Shown piece after piece: positions 37,028 through 45,078 of a stretch of 64,000 nucleotides of DNA. The notes under the pieces were generated by a model that worked only from the letters and a program-made list of their open reading frames with translations, was not told where the DNA came from and searched no databases. The stretch spans positions 640,001 through 704,000 of the forward strand of contig CAVVMW010000010.1 in the NCBI GenBank assembly GCA_963749495.1. The letters are read 5' to 3'. The first letter of the stretch is position 1. Each line of letters starts with the position of its first letter. The DNA is from an uncultured bacterium (lineage in GTDB: Bacteria > Verrucomicrobiota > Verrucomicrobiia > Limisphaerales > UBA8199). A program made the position numbers and the translations under genes.

Positions 37028-38464
37028 ATGCCATTTTCACCAGAACTCCCGCCGACGTTTGACATCGATAAGATTCTTCGCGATCTGCCCAGCGGTGAGC
37101 GCTGGCTTTGTCACCTTAAAGAAGATCTCCTGCCCTTTTGGGAAATGCCCGAAGCTCTGGGCAATCCCTTGGGCAATTTCCCTACCTACCGCAACAACGA
37201 TGGGACCCTCGTCGATCCGAAGCATCCGGGGCCGGATTTCCAAAATGTAATTCCGGGCATCGTTTGGTTGGATCGTGACTACGTCCGCGCCAAATCCCGC
37301 CAGTGTTTCGGTTATTGTGTTGCGTACCACATGACCGGCGAAGCTCGTTACCTGGACTACGCCAAGGCCGGGGTCGCCTATCTTCGAGAGCACGCTTTCG
37401 ACCGTGAAAACGGCGGTTCTGTCACCTACTTCAAAAACAAGGGCGGCTTCCCCGCCCCAAAGCAGCGCACCAGCCAGGACTTGGCTTACGCTCTGACTGG
37501 TATCAGCTTCCTTTATTACTTAACCCGGGATCCCAACCTACTGAAGGACTTGATCGACATCCACGAGTACATCTGGGCCACTTATTACGATCCCGCCGCC
37601 GGGTTGCTTCGCTGGGTCCTGGAACCCTCGGTGGAGGGCGATTCGCCGAGTCAGAAGGAGATTGTGGCTCAACTCGATCAGATCTACGGATACATGATGA
37701 CGGTCACTCGCTCCCTGCCCGAGCCGCATCGTGCCCGATGGAAACAACGCCTGGCCACCCTCAGTCACATTCTTATGGATCAGTTTTACACACCGCGCGC
37801 GCACATCTTCTGGGGAGCCGTCAGCAAGGCGTCCGACAAACACTGGGGCACGCCGCATACGGACTTTGGTCACAGCGTCAAAGCGTTTTGGCTCATTTCC
37901 CTGATTGGCTCGCTAAACGACAATTACGAGATGTTCGTGAGCGCGCAGGGCCGGGCGGCTCAAATACTGGAGTGGGCCTATATTGAGCGGACTGGGACTT
38001 GGGCGCGGGCTGTCGGCGCAGACGGAAAGTTGGACGAGGACAAGGAGTGGTGGATTTACTGCGAATTAGATCAGGTCGCCGGCGCCCTGGCCCTGACCGA
38101 TCCCGCGTACGCACGCTATTTGGTGCGTACCGCCGACTATTGGTTCCGGTACATGGTGGACCATAAACACCATGATATATGGCACATGGTCAGTGGGCAT
38201 ACCAACAAACCGGTTCCAGGCTTTCCCAAGCAGCATTCCTGGAAGAGCACGCTTCATTCTTTCGAGCACGCCCTGGTGAGTTACATCTTCGCCAAGCAAC
38301 TGCACGAAGAGCCGGTAACGCTGCACTTCGCTTGGGAGGAAACTCCGGCCTGGGAACACATCCATCCTTATTTCTACCAGGGAAAGGTCCTGGAGGTCGT
38401 CAATTCAGAAAAACAGTCCCCTAAGACAAAGCACCAGACGGTTTTGTTCTCCGATATTCACTGA
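37028..38464 (+). CDS. AGE-family (N-acylglucosamine 2-epimerase-like) alpha/alpha-barrel protein
   Basis: LLPFW, KSRQCFGY, DFGHSVKAFW, KEWWIYCELDQ, WK..HSFEH carry the family Arg/His/Glu/His pattern. Confidence 0.8.
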   Translation: MPFSPELPPTFDIDKILRDLPSGERWLCHLKEDLLPFWEMPEALGNPLGNFPTYRNNDGTLVDPKHPGPDFQNVIPGIVWLDRDYVRAKSRQCFGYCVAYHMTGEARYLDYAKAGVAYLREHAFDRENGGSVTYFKNKGGFPAPKQRTSQDLAYALTGISFLYYLTRDPNLLKDLIDIHEYIWATYYDPAAGLLRWVLEPSVEGDSPSQKEIVAQLDQIYGYMMTVTRSLPEPHRARWKQRLATLSHILMDQFYTPRAHIFWGAVSKASDKHWGTPHTDFGHSVKAFWLISLIGSLNDNYEMFVSAQGRAAQILEWAYIERTGTWARAVGADGKLDEDKEWWIYCELDQVAGALALTDPAYARYLVRTADYWFRYMVDHKHHDIWHMVSGHTNKPVPGFPKQHSWKSTLHSFEHALVSYIFAKQLHEEPVTLHFAWEETPAWEHIHPYFYQGKVLEVVNSEKQSPKTKHQTVLFSDIH

Positions 38465-38588
38465 TAATACTCATGAACCTGTCACCTGGTTAATGTGGTC
38501 GGCGAGTGAAGGCGGGTTCCTGGTCGGAAGCGATGGAGTTTAGGCGTGGGAGAACGCTGAACAATCAAGATAACCTATTACCTTATTT

Positions 38589-39239
38589 ATGAGCCAAAGA
38601 CTGAAGGGCAAGCGAATTGCCGTGCTGGTTGAGACCGAGTTCATTCCGCACGAACTCGATGAATACAAAAAACAATTCACGCAGGAGGGGGCTCAGGTTG
38701 AATTGCTGACCTACCTCTGGGGTAAAGAAAGTCGTGATTTGATCTGCGATATCGACAACGCGCAGAACCCTATCTCCAGCATTCGCATCCTGCGAGTCGA
38801 GGAGTGCGTCTCCAAACACGACCCGACCGAATATGATGTTGTCCTGATGGCGGCGAATTACTGCGCGGTGCGACTGCGAGAAATCACGCCGATGGGCAGC
38901 CTGGGTTCACCCGGGCAAATCAGCCTTCCGCCGGCCGTCCGCTTCTTCGCAAGTGCCATGGAGAACCCGCGAATCATCAAAGGGGCGCTGTGCCATGCCC
39001 TGTGGATCCTGACGCCGCGCAAAGATCTTCTCCAGGGCAGAAAAGTCATCTGTCACACGGTAGTCCTTGCGGATGTCCTGAACGCAGGGGCTATTTTTGT
39101 CCCGGATCCGAGCCATGTCGTGGTGGATAATGACCTGGTGACCGGTCGATCCGCCGCCGACATTGGCGCCTATATTGAAGCGATCATTAGAGCAGCCGCC
39201 AGACTTCACGGCGGACCTGCGTGCAGCGATTCTGTTTGA
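38589..39239 (+). CDS. DJ-1/PfpI family protein
   Basis: IAVLVETEFIPHE, GALCHALW nucleophile elbow, VVVDNDLVTGRS. Confidence 0.88.
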   Translation: MSQRLKGKRIAVLVETEFIPHELDEYKKQFTQEGAQVELLTYLWGKESRDLICDIDNAQNPISSIRILRVEECVSKHDPTEYDVVLMAANYCAVRLREITPMGSLGSPGQISLPPAVRFFASAMENPRIIKGALCHALWILTPRKDLLQGRKVICHTVVLADVLNAGAIFVPDPSHVVVDNDLVTGRSAADIGAYIEAIIRAAARLHGGPACSDSV

Positions 39240-39256
39240 ACCACGGTTATAACCTT

Positions 39257-40151
39257 ATGAAACAAATCCTGATTGTATTATCGGAGTGGGGCTTCTGGGG
39301 TGAGGAGCTCATTGGCCCAATGGAAACCTTTGAGAAAGGCGAGTACAAACTTGTCTTTTGCACTCCTCACGGACGGCGGCCGCGCGCCTTGCCTCCGAGC
39401 ATGGACCCGACGTTCATTGATCCCCCCTTGGGCAAGAAGGTTGTTTCCGAGACGATGGCCGCCAAAGTGAAAGCGGTGGATGACCTAAGCAATCGATTGT
39501 TGAATGTGCCGGTTAATCTCGCCGACTGGTTCCCCGAACGCCCCTATTGGAGCCAAGACGAGACCATCAATGGAGAGACCGTGGTCCTCAGAAAATGGGA
39601 GAACTATTATCGTCAGCGTGAATCCGCGCAGAACGAAACGGATGCGTACCGATGCGCTCCTGCTGGTGGGGGGGAGCGGCCCGATGATTGACATGGTGAA
39701 TAACTACCGCGTACATGACCTCATTCTCGGTTTCCTTGCTCATGGCAAACCCATCGCCGCGGAGTGTTACGGGGTCGCCTGCTTGGCCCAGGCGCGCAAC
39801 TACGATGACAGCAAGAGCATCATTTGGGGCAAACATGTGACCGGCCACCCGAAGGAATACGATTACAAGGATCTCACTGGGGTGCTGGATCCGGAAACCG
39901 GCCAAATATTAACCCGCGTCATTGGCGATGGGAGTCGCTGGGTCAATTTGGGCCCGCCTTTTTACACACTTGAGTTTATGCTCCGGGACGCGGTGGGGCC
40001 GAACGATCAGTTCCACGGGAACGTGGGACGGGCATCGTCCGTTATCGTGGACTATCCGTTCATCACCGGCCGTTCCACCCCCGACTCTTACCTCACCGGT
40101 CAAAAACTCGTTGAAGTGCTCGAGACAAAACTGAAGCGCTGTGGGTGGTAG
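39257..40151 (+). CDS. Second DJ-1/PfpI (class I glutamine amidotransferase-like) protein, frameshift near 39650
   Basis: LSEWGFWGEEL, LLVGGSGPMID, IAAECYGV, YPFITGRST. Confidence 0.85.
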
Positions 40152-40230
40152 AAGAGTGGCAAACACTCCAACGCATCGCGCAGCCCTGAGGTCTGGTTTA
40201 GAAGTGGAAGTCAGGTTTTCGGTGAAAGTT

Positions 40231-40420
40231 ATGGGTGCTCAAACGCAAAAACGTGATGTCGAGCTCGTCACCGTGGCGGCCCAAACGAACGATGTTCCTG
40301 GCCTGCAAGGCTGGCTTTCCAACGGTGACGTTCCAAATTGCTATAATCGGGCTGGATGGACTCCTTTGCTGATTGGTGCCGTTCGTGGTCATACTGGCAT
40401 AGTGGTGGTGCTGACGACAG
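40231..40420 (+). pseudogene. Ankyrin-repeat protein N-terminal fragment
   Basis: AAQTND..GWTPLLIGAVRGHTGIV. Confidence 0.65.
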
Positions 40421-40599
40421 GCCAGCGCTCCGCGGCGGCTAACAAAGCTGAGGCAAGCGGCGCAAGCAGAGCCAAGCAATTGCAGAGGGCGCGGGCATCA
40501 GACGCTGCACAGTTCGGCAGAAGGCCTCTCCACGCATGCGAACTGATGGCCCGGTTGGCGCAATGCCTCAATCGGCGCGAGCTTAGCCAACCCCCAGCG

Positions 40600-40785
40600 G
40601 CCACTTTCCCGGATTGTCTCGATCTTGGCACCTCCGACTTGCGCTTCGACCAGATCTCCCTGGGCCACGGCGTCAGCGCCGTGAGGTTGGAAAGAGTGGA
40701 GGACATCCCGGCGACTCTTGCTCGAGTTCTGGCCGATCCCAACGATCCTCTTCTCACCGACGTGGTCTTGAGCAGTGAACTCTGA
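40600..40785 (+). pseudogene. C-terminus of a thiamine-diphosphate-dependent enzyme
   Basis: DLRFDQISLGHGVSAVRLERVEDI..DPLLTDVVL resembles TPP_enzyme_C. Confidence 0.65.
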
Positions 40786-40803
40786 CAACCAGCCGGCACC
40801 AAT

Positions 40804-40860
40804 ATGATACATCAGCTCATTATCGTCGGACCGAAATCGGAATGGTCCACCGACACTTTA
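40804..40860 (+). pseudogene. Start of a possible EthD-like gene, cut by an IS1380 insertion
   Basis: MIHQLIIVGPK resembles the MIHQLIFA.PKPG starts recalled for EthD-domain proteins; only 19 codons. Confidence 0.35.
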
Positions 40861-41078
40861 CCCCCAGGTTGCACAAAAACATAGCCGTCCAATCGGCCTT
40901 ACCCCTCAAAAGTGGCCGCCCGTGCAGCCAGAATACTCCTGCTGAGTTCCGTTCCTAACGCCCCGCAAGAGCCACTAAAAGTGAGGTTTGGCGAGCGGTA
41001 GGTTCGCGTTTCGGACTGGTGAGAAAAATCTGCGATTGGGGGCTTGACATTTCCGATAGCCTATATTATGTATCGGAC

Positions 41079-41450
41079 ATGAAGAAAACGATCTCTATCC
41101 CGCAAATCGAAGCTCGTATCCAACACATCAAAACCCAACTCGCCGCCTTGGGCGATATGCGTCCCGGAAGCCTTTCCCGGCAGTATAACGTCTGCGGCAA
41201 GCCGGGCTGCCGTTGTAAGGACCCCGAAAAACCCCGACGCCACGGCCCCTATTACCAACTGAGTTGGGTGCATCGCCGCAAGAGCACCAGCCAGTTCATC
41301 CGCCCCGGCTTTGTCGCTCAGGTCAAGGCCCAACTGGCCACTTATAGAACCTCTCGCAAGCTGACGGCACAATGGGTCGAGTTAGCCCTCCAGGCAGCCC
41401 AACTGAGGCTCCAAGCCGCCAGAGACACCGCCACGCTCCAACCCAAGTGA
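41079..41450 (+). CDS. IS accessory protein (DUF6788-like)
   Basis: MRPGSLS..CGKPGCRC..HGPYYQLSW. Confidence 0.8.
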   Translation: MKKTISIPQIEARIQHIKTQLAALGDMRPGSLSRQYNVCGKPGCRCKDPEKPRRHGPYYQLSWVHRRKSTSQFIRPGFVAQVKAQLATYRTSRKLTAQWVELALQAAQLRLQAARDTATLQPK

Positions 41451-41656
41451 GCCTCCACCCGCCCCCCCTCCTTTCACCTCAAACCCTTCTCCCATGAGAC
41501 TTAGCCAGCAGCAAATCTATACGAGAGCCTCCTCGATGCCGCAGGTGCAATTCCAGGAACAACAACTGACCAGCTTCGGCGGTTTGCTCATCTTCCAGCA
41601 ACTCTTCGGCAAAATCCAACTCAAGGAGCGCTTGCACCAGTGCTCGGCCCATCTGG

Positions 41657-41676
41657 CCTGCCTGCCGGCAGGCAGG
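41657..41676. repeat. 20-bp palindromic insertion CCTGCCTGCCGGCAGGCAGG
   Basis: Perfect palindrome; removal joins HLA to GKTLYQPH in frame. Confidence 0.9.
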
Positions 41677-42367
41677 CCGGCAAGACCCTCTATCAGCCGC
41701 ACGTGGTTGTGCTCTGGCTCATCGTGCACCTGCTCCTGGGCTTTCGCAAGCTGCGCGACATCCAATTCTATAAAGAGGACCCGCTGGTGCGGCGCGTGCT
41801 GGGTCTCAAGGCGCTCCCGGACGTTTCGACCCTCAGCCGCATTCTGGCCGACTTCGATGAACCGGCGGTGGCCGCCCACCAGGGGTTGAATCGCCAGCAG
41901 GTCCTGGGACGACTGGCACAGGAGGGGCTCGCGCGCGTGACCTTGGACTTCGACGGCAGCGTCCTGTGGGCCAGCAAACACGCCGAAGGAACCGCAGTGG
42001 GCTTCAACAAGCAGAAGAAGGGCGCCCGGAGCTACTACCCCCTCTTCTGCACCGTGGCGCAGACGGCGCAAGTCCTGGACGTGTTGCACCGCTCGGGCAA
42101 CGTGCACGACTCCAATGGAGCCGTAGAGTTTGTGCGCCAATGTGTGGGGCGCCTGCGCCAAGCCCTGCCCGGAGTCCAGATCGAGGTCCGGATGGATAGC
42201 GCCTTTTTCAGTGATGAGATGGTTGGGGCGCTGGAGCAACTCGACGTGGAATTCACCGTGTGCGCAGGCCGCGACCGGGAGCGCGAGATGTCGGTGGATC
42301 TCGTCGTCCGCTTGACCAATGCCGTGACCTCAATGTCGAGCCTTCGCGCTTCGTCAAGTCGTCTGGC

Positions 42368-43990
42368 CTACGGCTCCAACCGCACTTCGCCGCTTACGCT
42401 TGTGCCCAGGAAGAAGCCGGAACCGAAACCCTGACCCTGCAACAATACACCGCCGAATGAAACCGGCTTCGATGTAGCGGGATTCACCATGCTGCCATAA
42501 AACGCGCCCGTGGAGGGCGTAAAGGTCAAGCTAAGCTTTGGCCCGCTGAGTGTGGTAACACGGCTATTGCCCGCAAGCGCGATCCGGTTGGTGATGCCCT
42601 GCACCAAGCCGCCACTGTCCAGCGTCAAGGTCAAGTCCGTGGTGGTGGTCAGGCCCAACACATTGGTCCCTTTGACGGGAGGAAAGTACCGCGCCCCAAG
42701 CGCCTCGACAGCCAGGGAGGAGCCCGCAGGATAGTACTGCGTCTTGGCGGGCAGCTTCACCCAGGCGACGGTGCCGCCCACGTCCGAGGCGTTCGTGAAC
42801 GTAAGCCAACCCCACAGCACGCCCTGGCCGCTGTAGAGCGATGCGTAAAGCGGCCAGTGTCCGTACTTGGACACCGGCACGCTGGGCGTGAGCTTTGTCG
42901 CATCCGCCAACGTGCCCGTGAGCGACATCACGCCGTTCTTGCCGACGGTCAAGGTGCCGTAGCCGTCCCCAGCCGGTTTATTGGTGGACCCGTAAGCGCC
43001 AGCGAGGACCAGGGTGTAACTGCCCGCCTCCGGTGCCAGTTTGGTCTTGCCGTCATAGATCGCCCTGTCCCCTGTCAGTGTCGCCGTCCAAATCCCATCG
43101 CTCGCGCTGCCTGTCACCCGGTCTGTCTCGTTTGTCAGGTCCAGTTGGAGGGTCACCGTTAGCGCACTCATGTTGCGACGCGCAATCGTTTTGTTGGCTC
43201 TGCCGGTGAAATCGAATTGCGCGATGAGGGAATAGCGACCTCCTCCCACCTGCAAGCTGCCGGTGAAGGCTCCTTTAGCCGCAACCGTGATCGTGAAGAA
43301 ACCGCAACTCTGCTGAGAAACCCCGTTCGTTTCATCATAAAACAAGCCGTTGTAGGTGCCACTTACGACCGGGAAGGGATTCGGAATAAAATTGGCAACC
43401 AGGTTGCGGTCGCTACGCAGCGTGAAGGTATAGCTGGCCGAACCGCTCACCACGGCCCCGTTTTCTGCCCAGTTGGCGAAGATGTACCCGGCACTGGGAG
43501 TTGCGGTCACACTCCTCGAACTGCCCGCCTCGAAAGTACCGCCGCCGGTTACCCTGCCGCTAGCGGCAGGCACGGCAGTCACGGTGATGGTGTCAGTCGG
43601 GTTCATCGCAAAGTAGCCCACCAGATTCCGATTTGTCGCCACGGTAAAGCTGAAGCTGTTTGAGATGCTCAAGACCACTCCGTTTTCCGTCCATTCCAGG
43701 AAATGGTAGCCGGGGCTTGCGGTTGCGATCAGCACCACGAAGTCCCCATCGGTGTAGGTGCCCCCACCGGATATTGACCCGCCTGCTGTCGGGGATGCGC
43801 TCGCGGTGACCGTGTAAAGCACCGGCGTGCCTTTGGTGATCCGGTTGTTGTCCGTCACATAAACGTTGCCCGCGCTGTCCACCGCCACGCCTATGGGATC
43901 AGCAAAGCGCGCGGCGCTCCCCGTCCCGTCCGCATCGCCATAACTCCACGCCAGTCCGGCTAGCGTGGTCACGACTCCCTCCTGTGTCAC
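42368..43990 (-). CDS. C-terminal part of a secreted protein: NHL repeat, two InlB-B/Flg_new-like repeats and a beta-rich tail
   Basis: ADGTGSAARFADPIGVAVDSAGNVYV; ATASPGYHFLEWTENG..NRNLVGYF occurs twice in similar form. Confidence 0.8.
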   Translation of the reverse strand: MTQEGVVTTLAGLAWSYGDADGTGSAARFADPIGVAVDSAGNVYVTDNNRITKGTPVLYTVTASASPTAGGSISGGGTYTDGDFVVLIATASPGYHFLEWTENGVVLSISNSFSFTVATNRNLVGYFAMNPTDTITVTAVPAASGRVTGGGTFEAGSSRSVTATPSAGYIFANWAENGAVVSGSASYTFTLRSDRNLVANFIPNPFPVVSGTYNGLFYDETNGVSQQSCGFFTITVAAKGAFTGSLQVGGGRYSLIAQFDFTGRANKTIARRNMSALTVTLQLDLTNETDRVTGSASDGIWTATLTGDRAIYDGKTKLAPEAGSYTLVLAGAYGSTNKPAGDGYGTLTVGKNGVMSLTGTLADATKLTPSVPVSKYGHWPLYASLYSGQGVLWGWLTFTNASDVGGTVAWVKLPAKTQYYPAGSSLAVEALGARYFPPVKGTNVLGLTTTTDLTLTLDSGGLVQGITNRIALAGNSRVTTLSGPKLSLTFTPSTGAFYGSMVNPATSKPVSFGGVLLQGQGFGSGFFLGTSVSGEVRLEP

Positions 43991-44107
43991 TTTTCGGGTA
44001 ACTGCTCAGGTCTAAATTGGGCCGGGTGAACAGCGGCGGGGAAAGCGGCTCCAAAATAGTTTCATTTTGTACGGGACTCCGCCAAATCCGCTTGGTAATC
44101 TCGCCTC

Positions 44108-44277
44108 GTGCTCGAAGCCGAGATTATCCAAGGCCGCAAAATCAGTGGCGTCCACATCGCAGAGATTGGGGCGCTCATTGAGGCCAATCCGCTTTGGAGC
44201 CGCTGGCGCTTGTCTCGGGTTTTGGCTCAAAGATGGCAGTGGTATTCTGCTTCCGGCCAACTCAAAGACATGGCCCT
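44108..44277 (+). pseudogene. DUF4338-type (IS-associated) N-terminal fragment
   Basis: IQGRKI..LIEANPLWSRWRLSRVLAQRWQWYSASGQLKDMA. Confidence 0.6.
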
Positions 44278-44760
44278 CCCCCTCCGTTCCGATGCCGTTG
44301 GGGTCGGGCAGGGCCAGATCGTCACCGACGAAAAACTCCGCCCCGGTTGCATCATGGTTGAACGGGTCTGTTTGCAGCAAGGCCCGCCATTGACTGCTGC
44401 TCCGGGCAGGGTACATCACATCCATTATCACGGTGTATTGATTCGCGAATTGGCCTCCGCCGTTGGGCGGGATTCCGTGACAGGCCCAGAAGCCCTGGTT
44501 GATCGAGTTGCTGCCAAAGCCCATGACGCGCGCCAGCAGGCCGTTGAGGTCCACGGCCTCAAAAGTAGTTATCGCCGCCGTGTCTCCCAGATATTCCAGA
44601 TCAGCCCCGACGGTCGCCCGCAAATCTCCCATATCGAAATCCCATTGCCCCGTAACGGCAAAATCCGCCGCTCGGCCCCAGGAATACCTGAGCAGCGCAA
44701 TACACACACTCGACAAAACAAGGACGGTCTTCCGGTGCTGCACAAATGAATGGATCTTGC
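44278..44760 (-). pseudogene. Secreted LamG/ConA-like domain protein, truncated
   Basis: Signal-like stretch, GQWDFDMGDL, PNGGGQFANQYTVIMDV, WRALLQT. Confidence 0.6.
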
Positions 44761-45078
44761 ATTTGGCGCTGTCGTTCACCCGAAAAGATGAAAGAGGGCA
44801 GCCCGGCATTGTTTTATCCATTCGATTGCGCTTTCGTCAAGGGCCAGCTTCTGCTACAGGCAGAAGCCATCGTTTCAGAATTCCGGGAAAACATCAATGA
44901 CAAATCAAAGAAGCCCATGAAAACGAGCCTTTCCATGCCCAGTTGGCTGGCTCTGGCCGCGCTGGCAACCTTGAACCTCCAAATCGCAACCGCCTTCGCC
45001 CAACCCACGGCCTTCACTTATCAGGGCCGGCTTGATGCTGGCGGCAGCCCGGCCAATGGGTTTTACGATCTTCGATTC

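Larger units (their letters stand above)
40861..42260 (+). mobile_element. IS1380-family element, copy 1 (3' truncated)
   Basis: Left end CCCCCAGGTTGCACAAAAAC; accessory ORF; transposase with LTSFGGL, TLDFDGS, VRMDSAF. Near-identical to copy 2 from about 41030. Confidence 0.85.

Noticed and set aside
38520..38560. CGATGGAGTT as a fluoride riboswitch start
   Set aside because: The downstream pairing elements are missing.
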